Below are positions 49,010 to 64,000 of a stretch of DNA of 64,000 bases, piece after piece (the stretch's first letter is position 1; every line of letters begins with the position of its first letter). The notes under the pieces are model-generated. The model saw only the letters and a program-made list of their open reading frames with translations, had not been told where the DNA came from and made no database searches. Both the position numbers and the translations under genes were made by a program. The stretch comes from Macrostomum lignano (lineage: Eukaryota). The stretch spans positions 19,412 through 83,411 of the forward strand of contig NIVC01001054.1 in assembly GCA_002269645.1 (NCBI GenBank), written 5' to 3'.

Positions 49010-50173
49010 TATAGGGGGCCTACTAGTGCAAGCAAAACATATGTATAATGTATATGCAATTTGGCATAATTTGGTATATAAGACATACACTGGTGTAACA
49101 ACATAATAATCAAGGTACAAGTAAGAAGTCTTTGATGTCCAGGAATATTTACCCTTGTAGTTTCTATAAAATAGAATATTAATTTAATCAAACAAATAAC
49201 AAAATGTCTAGTTGCCCAGTATTAACCGGATAAATAGAGAAACATGGCTATTATTTAGTAATCAGATAATGAACCATATCACTATTTGTCTAGTCACTAG
49301 ATAAATAACAACAGCCTTTATTTTTTAAATATAACATATATAGTATAATGCAATTGTAGATAAGAACAGTATATAGCTAATAGACCTAATTAATTTAGAC
49401 TAATTTGGAAAATTAATATATAAAATTTATATAAATTGGAAATGGACTAATTATTTAAAAAACAAGTTTTTAATGCTGTCAAAGTATTTTCAATTTAAAT
49501 GCCCACAATTGGGGGCTTAATGTTGTAGTGTGCTTATATATACTCAATAATATCAAAATAGACAAAAAGTCATTATCACAAAAGATTCTGTCTGTGGTCC
49601 TACTTTAGAAGGTATAGGTAAAGTCCAATCTTTGCAAGTCATGCAACTTAGCTATACCATGGCAAGCTTGAGTTGAGGAATAAAGTTGGGGGAGATGCAG
49701 TGTTCAATGGTTTTGTTTTGTTGGATAGATATTTTTTATTTCAAAATACTCTAAGAGAAATTGGTCATTGGTGCATAGATTAATGACTTTTCAATGTTGT
49801 TGAGTATAAAATTCTAAACAAAGAAAAAATCAATTTGTAAGTAGGTCAAATATTGAAATATAATTTTTTCATGTATTTACTCGTAGTTTATTAGTTTATT
49901 AAAATCAAAGCAGTATGCCTGTTCTTATAAATATGAAAAAATCCTGCCAATGAAGTCACTGAATGGTGTAATAATGGCCATTTCGACATCATTGTATCTG
50001 GGTAAAAGTTCTTTGTAGTGTTGCTTTTAAAGAGCATCTTGTTGCACTCAACCTCTATTAAAAATTTGATAATATGAAAACATATTTTCAAGGTTTAAAG
50101 CTCTTCAACTTGAAAGAATTAAAGCAAACTTGGCACTCCAATCAAATCAGTTCACCTGCAATTCAAGTCAGCT

Positions 50174-50818
50174 ATGCAGACCAACTCTGTGAGCTTCCCG
50201 TCTGAAGAGGACCGGGCCGCCGCCCTGGCCAAGTCGCTGCACGGCTGGCGCGTGCCCATCGTTCGCCTTGACGCCATCCTGCACTGGGAGCAGCCGCCAG
50301 CCCTTGGCGGCATCATTGCTGGCATCACGCTGGCCTTCCTGCTCATTGGCTGGCTGCAGCCGCCTCTTGTGTCTATGCTTGCCATTGTTGGCTTGCTGCT
50401 ACTAATAGCAGACTTTGTTGTACCATTGGCCGCTAGTTGGCTTCTGTCTAGTGGAGTTGCCGGCATCGCCTGGACTGAAGCTGACGACCGCCGATATCGG
50501 GACACCTGCACCAGGCTTGTTGGCGTGTGGGACTCGGTCTCGGGTCTGGCCGCTCAGCTGCTGACTCTCCGCCGCGACAGGCCCCAGTTCTACCTGGCCA
50601 TCGCTCTGCCGGCCCTTCTGAGCCTTCTGGTTCTGGCTGAGAAAATTAACAATCTGTTCCTTGCCTACTTGATCATCGTTAGCGGCCTGCTGCTGCCGGG
50701 CCTCCTGGGATCTGGCGTGGCCGCCAGCGCCGCTCGCCAGCTGTACGAGCTCATCAGGGCTCGAGTCCAGGCCCTCCAGCAGCGCTCGGCTGGTAGCAAA
50801 GATCCGAAGGCCGAATGA
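50174..50818 (+). CDS. ARL6IP1: ARL6IP1-like ER-shaping reticulon-homology protein, single exon, 214 aa
   Basis: Resembles ARL6IP1 throughout: LHGWRVPIVRLDAILHWE, LQPPLVS, ADFVVP, WTEADDRRYRDTC, RRDRPQFY, NNLFLAYLIIVSGLLLPGL. Confidence 0.9.
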   Translation: MQTNSVSFPSEEDRAAALAKSLHGWRVPIVRLDAILHWEQPPALGGIIAGITLAFLLIGWLQPPLVSMLAIVGLLLLIADFVVPLAASWLLSSGVAGIAWTEADDRRYRDTCTRLVGVWDSVSGLAAQLLTLRRDRPQFYLAIALPALLSLLVLAEKINNLFLAYLIIVSGLLLPGLLGSGVAASAARQLYELIRARVQALQQRSAGSKDPKAE

Positions 50819-51574
50819 ATAATGAATAGAAAATAAGTCGAAAGGTGGTTGACTGTTTTTTTTTCGGGTTTGGTACGAGTATTCAAGACGAGAAAGAACT
50901 GCGAGATGCCCGGCTGCCTTTTTGTGTTGTTGCGGTTAACAAAACCAGTTTTAATAAGAACGAAAGTCATCGGTATCAATTTTGAAATTCTCCACGATGT
51001 AAATAGCTGGTCTGACATTAATTTATGTTACAGTTGTCTGGGCACCGCAACCGCATAGCATGCACATCATCTATATATCTACCTATCGATTTATCTGCTT
51101 CTAGCAATAGCAGTAGCAATCTTGTCTGTAGGATTTATTACAGCATACATGTATCAGTAGTCAGCTTGCTTGACTTTATTGCTAACCTGTTGTGTGGTTT
51201 TCTGCGCGCAAATACTTTATTTAATAACACTGAAAACCTGTAGCTCTTAGTGTGCACCCCAGAATGCGAAAATGTTTTTGCTATTTATAACTGCACTAAG
51301 GTCCTAACTAGCCTCTGTGTGTCATTGGCTGGGGTTTTATTTGTGTCTTAAAATTAATATCATCTATCTTTTATCTGCCCGCGTCGGTTGCTATCTGCTA
51401 AAGTGTTTCTTTTATACTATTTTTATACTGTTAAATTGATTTTCAAAACAGACCAAAAAAACTTAAGTAGTGCGAAACTGCCAGGTTTGTCTGGGGCAAT
51501 CTGGATTTACTTTGATTTAAGCATCATTATCGTGATGTTTTGAATAGTTTGATTCTTATAAATTGTAGTTTAGG

Positions 51575-51980
51575 TATCTCGATCTCTAGATTGGGTATCC
51601 GGATCTCTAGATAGGGTATTCTGATCTCTAGATTGGGTATTCTGATCTCTAGATTGGGTATCCTGATCTCTAGATTGGGTATCCTGATCTCTAGATTGGG
51701 TATTCTGATCTCTAGATTGGGTATCCCGATTTCTATCTAGATTTGGGTTATCCGGATCTCTAGATTTGGTATTCTGATCTCTAGATTTGGTATTCTGATC
51801 TCTAGATTTGGTATTCTGATCTCTAGATTGGGTATCCCGATCTCTAGATTTGGTATTCTGATCTCTAGATTGGGTATCCCGATCTCTAGATTTGGTATTC
51901 TGATCTCTAGATTGGGTATCCCGATCTCTAGATTTGGTATTCTGATCTCTAGATTGGGTATCCCGATCTCTAGATTGGCG
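51575..51980. repeat. 21-bp minisatellite
   Basis: Unit GATTGGGTATTCTGATCTCTA. Confidence 0.95.
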
Positions 51981-52424
51981 CACGGGCTGGCAGAGCCGGA
52001 AACTCAGACAAACTTTTCAGTTAGTCATTTTTTATTAAACTTTCAATGGGAACAAAAATACTTATATATTTTCTATTATTTTGTACCCGGAAGTCTTAAT
52101 GTTTTGCAGGATTCGTGTTTTTAGGCATTTTTCCTACTGTTTTTATTATTGGTCCACAGAAGACTGCGCATCCACGTGTGAAATCTGACAGGCTTTGGTT
52201 TATCTCACAAGTATTAATTATTTAATATTTTACCTATACTCGCTGCTGCAATATCCTGTGTCCTTCCCAGCTGTAGGTTTGTGCGTTTTTGCTGCTATTT
52301 TTGTGTTTATATTTTTTCATTTCGCTTTTTGGCGCGTTTTCAAATTTGTAATAAGTGTTTTTAACAAAAATTATATCTTGCCTAGCTTAGTTTTGATATT
52401 CAAATATTTTATTGACTTTGATTG

Positions 52425-52860
52425 ATAAGGGATAGGATTCTGGGGTATGGGATCATGATGCTAGTGTATGGGATTCGGGTTCTAGGGTATGGGATCAGGA
52501 TGCTAGGGTATGGGATCAGGATGCTAGGGTATGGGATTCGGGTTCTAGGTTATGGGATCAGGATGCTAGAGTATGGGATCAGGATGCTAGGGTATGGGAT
52601 TCAAGTTCTAGGGTATGGGATGAGGATGCTAGGGTATGGGATCAGGATGCTAGAGTATGGGATCAGGATTCTGGGGTATGGAATTCAAGTTCTAGGGTAT
52701 GGGATGAGGATGCTAGGGTATGGGATCAGGATTCTGGGGTATGGGATCAAGATGCTAGGGTATGGGATTCGGGTTCTAGGTTATGGGATCAGGATGCTAG
52801 AGTATGGGATCAGAATGCTAGGGTATGGGATTCAAGTTCTAGGGTATGGGATCAGGGATT
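52425..52860. repeat. 21-bp minisatellite
   Basis: Unit GGGTATGGGATCAGGATGCTA. Confidence 0.95.
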
Positions 52861-53189
52861 TAAAACTGTTCATGACGATCTTAAACGCAATTTAGTTGAC
52901 CCTTGTATTTGAATATTGTGCAATCTTCATTATAAAATCTCTAATGGCTTCTGGTAGTGGTCGCAGTTCTGTAATTAAGGCCACCGCAATGTCAATTTTT
53001 AGCCATGCAGTGCTTCTTCTGTTTATCCCGCCACTTTTTCATCACATTTAATCAATACTAATTTTTCATCTCTCACGTTTTTTGACTGCTAGCGTTTCGT
53101 TCAGTTTTTTGTTTCATCATCATTTTTATCGGTTGGATATGCGCTAACTGATTGGGCTGAGTGATTTGTGTGTTAAAACTCTTTCTTTA

Positions 53190-53820
53190 ATATCTATGGA
53201 TGCTGCACTGGGGTTCCAGAGATTCTTCATCAGTATTTATGGATGCTGGACTGGGGTTCCAGAGATTCTTCATCAGTATTTATGGATGCTGGACTGGGGT
53301 TCCAGAGATTCTTCATCAGTATTTATGGATGCTGGACTGGGGTTCCAGAGATTCTTCATCAGTATTTATGGATTCTGCACTGGGGTTCCAGAGATTCTTC
53401 ATCATCTATGGATGCTGCACTGGGGTTCCAGAGATTCTTCATCAGTATTTATGGATTCTGCACTGGGGTTCCAGAGATTCTTCATCATCTATGGATGCTG
53501 CACTGGGGTTCCAGAGATTCTTCATCAGTATTTATGGATTCTGCACTGGGGTTCCAGAGATTCTTCATCATCTATGGATGCTGGACTGGAGTTCCAGAGA
53601 TTCTTCATCAGTATTTATGGATGCTGGACTGGGGTTCCAGAGATTCTTCATCGGTATCTATGGATGCTGGACTGGAGTTCCAGAGATTCTTCATCAACAT
53701 CTATGGATGCTGCACTGGGGTTCCAGAAATTCATCAGTATCTATGGATGCTGCACTGGGGTTCCAGAGATTCTTCATCAACATCTATGGATGCTGCACTG
53801 GGGTTCCATAAATTCTTCAT
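53190..53820. repeat. 40/43-bp minisatellite
   Basis: Unit ATGGATGCTGGACTGGGGTTCCAGAGATTCTTCATCAGTATTT. Confidence 0.95.
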
Positions 53821-54059
53821 AAACAGTAACTTTATGCCTAATCTGTCTAACGCATTGATGGCCGCTTTAAACTCAGCTGAGAATTTTTTAACAAAAATCA
53901 TTGCAACGCTTTTTAGCACAAAAATTAATTGCGTGATATTAATGATCATCATCATACTCCTTGTCCTTATACGGTTAAATATTGATTGGCTTTTAGCCTT
54001 GTCTGTGTCAATTTTTTGTTTTAAAGGTTTGCAGTAAGGAAGCAGATATGTGTAGCAAT

Positions 54060-54460
54060 ATCGATAGTAGATAGATAGTAGATAGAAGGTAGATATCAGT
54101 AGTTAACAGCGGGTAGATATCGGTAGTTAGCAGAGGGTAGATATCGGTAGTTAGCAGAGGGCAGATAACAGTAGTTAGCAGAGGGTAGATACTCGTATCA
54201 GTACTTAACAGAGGACAGATATCAGTAGTTAGCAGAGGATAGATATCAGTAGTTATTAGAGGGTAGATATCAGTAGTTACCAGAGGGCAGATATCAGTAG
54301 TTACCAGAGGGCAGATATCAGTAGTTACCAGAGGGTAGATATCAGTAGTTACCAGAGGGCAGATATCAGTAGTTACCAGAGGGTAGATATCAGTAGTTAC
54401 CAGAGGGCAGATATCAGTAGTTACAAGAGGGTAGATATCGGTAATTAGAAAAAAGTAGAT
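54060..54460. repeat. 24-bp minisatellite
   Basis: Unit GAGGGCAGATATCAGTAGTTACCA. Confidence 0.9.
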
Positions 54461-54569
54461 ATTTAGTTGACAGAAAAGGGTAGTTATTCGTAGTTATTGC
54501 CTGTAGAAGTGAAATTCACATTACATTTTCACTGTGAAACACTTCAGCGCGCCAGTACAAGTGAATGCA

Positions 54570-59515
<4,946 letters not shown>

Positions 59516-59634
59516 TAAAGTGTTTTTTGTAGGTATCTAGCTAGTTAACGTGAAATAAATACGATAATTCATAAGGTTCAATTAATGTAGTTAAGGTTTT
59601 CTTAATTCACTTTTGCTTGTGTTCATTTTTTTAT

Positions 59635-60003
59635 TAGCAGCATTAGTAGTAGTAGCATTAGTAGTAGTATTAGTAGTAGTAGTAGTAGTAGCAGTAGTAG
59701 TAGTAGTAGTAGCATAGTAGTAGTAGTACTAGTAGTAGTATTGGTGATAGTAGTAGTGGTAGTAGTAGTAGTAGTATTAGTAGTAGTATTAGTAGTAGTA
59801 TTGGTGGTAGCAGTAGTATTAGTAGTAGTAGTATTAGTGGTAGTAGTGGTGGTAGTAGTAGTATTAGTAGTAGTAGTAGTAGTATTAGTAGTAGTATTAG
59901 TAGTAGTAGTATTAGTAGTAGTAGTAGTAGTATTAGTAGTAGTAGTATTAGTGGTAGTAGTGGTGGTAGTAGTAGAAGTGGTAGTAGTATTGGTAGTAGT
60001 AGT
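59635..60003. repeat. (TAG)n microsatellite between METTL25B and C1GALT1
   Basis: TAG/TGG/TAT triplets; it explains the poly-T/poly-V ORFs. Confidence 0.97.
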
Positions 60004-60124
60004 TACCATATTCTCCTATCGCGTTCGTCATTCCATGCATGCCAAACAACAAAGAAGTTTGAAGAATTTGTTTTTTTCTTCTTTTATTTGCTAAACTCTT
60101 TAAAGTTAGACTCGGCTGGTGCAG

Positions 60125-63100
60125 ATGCTGAAGTCCAAGCACACCTTGCTAACGGCGGCTGTGGGCTTCGCCTTTGGCTGCATGCTCAGCTACCTGCTAC
60201 TCAATGGCACCGGGGTGCGCGAGCTCGGCTGTCAGCCTGCTGTGATGCAGGATGCTGCGAAGCTGTGCCACGACACTAAGCAGGTCAGTATACAGTGATC
60301 GCGCGACTTTGTTGTTTCAGGACGTCTTCAACTTTAGTCTCCTTTTTTATGAAATCACTCTCCGACTTTCGAAATCTTATGAAATGATTGCTAGAAATTT
60401 GTCTCGGTTGCTACCATGAAACTGCTTGAAAAGTGAGTTCGAATACTCGGGGTTCGAGTCACGCTTTTTCAATAAGACTAGAGACGCGTTCTCTCGGTTT
60501 GAAAGTTGAGTTGCATCACCAACAAATGATTTGGAACTGGCATCACAGTGTGCAAGTTAGCGTTGCTTTCTTGTTTTTTTTCACTGTCACGTCCTTCATT
60601 TACACTCGGTCCCAATGCCTCTTATTGAAGTTTCACTATATAAGAAAAATTGGAATAGACGAATGACAGTCTGCAGTCTTCATAAGGATTCATTGCCCAC
60701 GAGGATCCATTGCCCATGAGGATCCATTCCCCATGAGGATGCATTCCCAATGAGGATCCATTCCCCATGAGAATCAATTTCCCATGAGGATCCATTTCTC
60801 ACGAGGATTCATTCCCAATGAGGATCCATTCCCCATGAAGATCCATTCCCCATGAGGATGCATTTCTCATGAGGATGCATTCCCCATGAGGATGCATTCC
60901 CCATGAAGATCCATTCCCCATGAAGATCCATTCCCCATGAGGATGCATTCCCCATGAGGATCCATTCCCCATGAGGATGCATTCCCAATGAGGATCCATT
61001 CCCCATGAAGATCCATTCCCCATGAGGATGCATTTCTCATGAGGATGCATTCCCCATGAGGATGCATTCCCCATGAAGATCCATTCCCCATGAAGATCCA
61101 TTCCCCATGAGGATGCATTCCCATGAGGATCCATTCCCCATGAGGATGCATTCCCAATGAGGATCCATTTCTCATGAAGATTCATTCCCCATGAGGATGC
61201 ATTCCCCATGAAGATCCATTCCCCATGAAGATCCATTCCCATGAAGATCCATTCCCCATGAGGATTCATTCCCCATGAGGATCCATTCCCCATGAGGATT
61301 CATTCCCCATGAGGATCCATTCCCCATGAGGATCCATTCCCCATGAGGATGCATTCCCAATGAGGATCCATTCCCCATGATCCCCCATTAAGAGCCTATT
61401 ATGAAGTTCGAACTTGTGCAATTTTGACTTGACTTCACTGCTATTCTGGTCATCTAACAAAGGTTTGCATTCTGAACACGCACTCTGCTCCTGTTTTCCC
61501 ATCACCGTCAAGGCCTCTGCTCAGCAGCTGCTCGCCGCCGAAGGCCAGTTCGTGCCCCGCCAGCCGCACGACCACGCCGCCTGGGACGCCGCCATCCGCC
61601 GTATGGGTCCAGTGCGCCAGTCTGCTCTGTGGAATGACTCCGCATCTCATTCCCATCTGAACGAGAATATCTTTGCCGACAGGCTCAAAGCGAAAGTCCG
61701 CATATTCTGCTGGATTATGACTTCGCCTGGCAACCACGAGTCTAAGGCTGTTCATCTCAAGGCTACCTGGGTCAAACGGTGCAATAACTTTGTATTTATG
61801 AGCACTAAAGCTGATCCTTCACTGCCGTCCATTGGTTAGTACTGAGCGATAAGTTTTTGCATTGTTTTATCCTGTGTTCAATGTGTATTAGGGACTGTTC
61901 AGGTGCATTAGGGACTGTTCAGGTGCATTAGGGACTGTTCAGGTGTATTAGGGACTGTTCAGGTGTATTAGCGACTGTTCAGGTGCATTAGGGACTGTTC
62001 AGGTGCATTAGGGACTGTTCAGGTGTATTAGGGACTGTTCAGGTGCATTAGGGACTGTTCAGGTGCATTAGGGACTGTTCAGGTGTATTAGGGACTGTTC
62101 AGGTGTATTAGGGACTGTTCAGGTGTATTAGGGACTGTTCAGGTGTATTAGGGACTGTTCAGGTGCATTAGGGACTGTTCAGGTGCATTAGGGACTGTTC
62201 AGGTGCATTAGGGACTGTTCAGGTGCATTAGGGACTGTTCAGGTGCATTAGGGACTGTTCAGGTGCATTAGGGACTGTTCAGGTGTATTAGGGACTGTTC
62301 AGGTGTATTAGGGACTGTTCAGGTGCATTAGGGACTGTTCAGGTGTATTAGGGACTGTTCAGGTGTATTAGGGACTGTTCAGGTGCATTAGGGACTGTTC
62401 AGGTGCATTAGGGACTGTTCAGGTGTATTAGGGACTGTTCCGGTGTATTAGGGACTGTTCAGGTGCATTAGGGACTGTTCAGGTGCATTAGGGACTGTTC
62501 AGGTGCATTAGGGACTGTTCAGGTGCATTAGGGACTGTTCAGGTGTATTAGGGCTGTTCAGGTGTATTAGGGACTGTTCAGGTGTATTAGGGACTGTTCA
62601 GGTGTATTAGGGACTGTTCAGGTGTATTAGGGACTGTTCAGGTGCATTAGGACTGTTCAGGTGTATTAGGGGCTGTTCAGGTGTATTAGGGACTGTTCAG
62701 GTGTATTAGGGACTGTTCAGGTGTATTAGGGACTGTTCAGGTGCATTAGGGACTGTTCAGGTGTATTAGGGACTGTTCAGGTGTATTAGGGACTGTTCAG
62801 GTGTATTAGGGACTGTTCAGGTGCATTAGGGACTGTTCAGGTGCATTAGGGACTGTTCAGGTGTATTAGGGACTGTTCAGGTGCATTAGGGGCTGTTCAG
62901 GTGTATTAGGGACTGTTCAGGTGTATTAGGGACTGTTCAGGTGCATTAGGGGCTGTTCAGGTGTATTAGGGACTGTTCAAGTGTATTAGGGACTGTTCAG
63001 GTGTATTAGGGACTGTTCAGGTATATTAGAGACTGCATCCTCAGGCATTCAGGCATCCTAACTCACTAACCAATCTTTACCAGCTCTGAAGGTAGGCGAA

Positions 63101-63427
63101 GGCCGCGACAATCTGTGGGCAAAAACGAAGGCAGCATTCCGGTACCTGTACGATCACCACCTGAAGGATTACGATTTCTTTCTCAAAGCGGACGACGACA
63201 CCTACGCAGTGGTGGAGAATCTGCGCTACATGCTGCGCAACAGTGACCCGGACTCCGGCCTCTACGCCGGGCGTCGATTCAAGCCCTTCGTGAGACAGGG
63301 CTACATGTCCGGCGGGGCCGGCTACGTGCTGTCCAGAGAGGCTGTCAAACTGTTTATTGAGCGCGGCCTTCAAAGCAAAAGTTCCAAATGCAGTCCCCAG
63401 TCTGGCGGGCTGAGGATGTTCAAGTTG
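60125..63427 (+). CDS. C1GALT1: Core 1 beta-1,3-galactosyltransferase (T-synthase), exons 1-3, partial
   Basis: Exons 60125-60283 (type II signal anchor), 61513-61834 ([30 protein letters not shown]), 63084-63427 ([34 protein letters not shown]). Apparent 1-nt deletion at 63407-63409. The remaining exons lie beyond the window. Confidence 0.93.
60685..61385. repeat. 17-bp minisatellite, C1GALT1 intron 1
   Basis: Unit GAGGATCCATTCCCCAT. Confidence 0.95.
61885..63035. repeat. 20-bp minisatellite, C1GALT1 intron 2
   Basis: Unit GGGACTGTTCAGGTGCATTA. Confidence 0.97.
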
Positions 63428-63499
63428 GTGAGTTCCATGTAAATTGACATTGAAAAGTTATTCAATATGCTAATGGATTATGCTTTAGTGACGCCCCAG

Positions 63500-64000
63500 C
63501 TCCAGGGGCGCCATTAACAGAGGTGCTATTATTAGAGGTAGAGGCCACATTATAAGAGGCGCCATTATCAGAGGCGCCATTATCAGAGGCGCCATTATCA
63601 GAGGCGCCATTATCAGTGGCTCCATTATCAGTGGCGCTATATACAGAGGCGCCATTATCAGTGGCGCTATTACCAAAGGCGCCATTATCAGAGGCGCAAT
63701 TATCAGAGGCGCTATTATTAAAGGTAGAGGCGCCATTACCAGAGGCGCTATTACCAGAGGCGCCATTATCAGAGGCGCCATTATCAGAGGCGCCATTACC
63801 AAAGGTGCTATTATTAAAGGTATAGGCGCCATTATCAGAGGCGCAATTATCAGAGGCGCTATTATTAAAGGTAGAGGCCCCATTATCAGAGGCGCCATTA
63901 TCAGAGGCGCCATTATCAGAGGCGCCATTATCAGAGGCGCCATTACCAAAGGCGCTATTATTAAAGGTATATGCGCCATTACCAGAGGCGCCATTATCAG
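63500..64000. repeat. 15-bp minisatellite, C1GALT1 intron 3
   Basis: Unit GAGGCGCCATTATCA. Confidence 0.92.

Overview
Eukaryotic, intron-rich animal genomic DNA with GC-rich exons; about 30% of the window (roughly 20 kb by my tally) is tandem minisatellite. The style suggests a free-living flatworm such as Macrostomum, which is an inference only. Seven host genes could be assembled by hand from splice signals and protein motifs: DNAJC5/cysteine string protein (+), a ClC-3/4/5 Cl-/H+ exchanger with two alternative N-termini (-), a RERG/RASL12-like small GTPase (-), prenylated complexin (+), intronless ARL6IP1 (+), METTL25B/RRNAD1 (+) and the 5' part of a C1GALT1 core-1 galactosyltransferase (+, runs off the window, apparent 1-nt frameshift). 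Mobile DNA comprises a decayed DIRS/Ngaro-type retrotransposon at the left edge whose gag carries an N-terminal SAP domain and an apparent spliceosomal intron, several non-autonomous TIR elements (three with perfect 8-bp TSDs), a mariner relic, two probable solo LTRs, a tRNA-derived CORE-SINE and two truncated LINE 3' ends. The observations most worth following up are the SAP/intron-bearing gag; introns filled with private minisatellites, often about 1 kb long, one built from the 5' splice site itself and one still an open reading frame inside METTL25B; the NPF-bearing alternative ClC N-termini; and an orphan NF-Y/TATA promoter. There is no CRISPR array, rRNA or bona fide tRNA gene. Most long ORFs in the supplied track are repeat artefacts.
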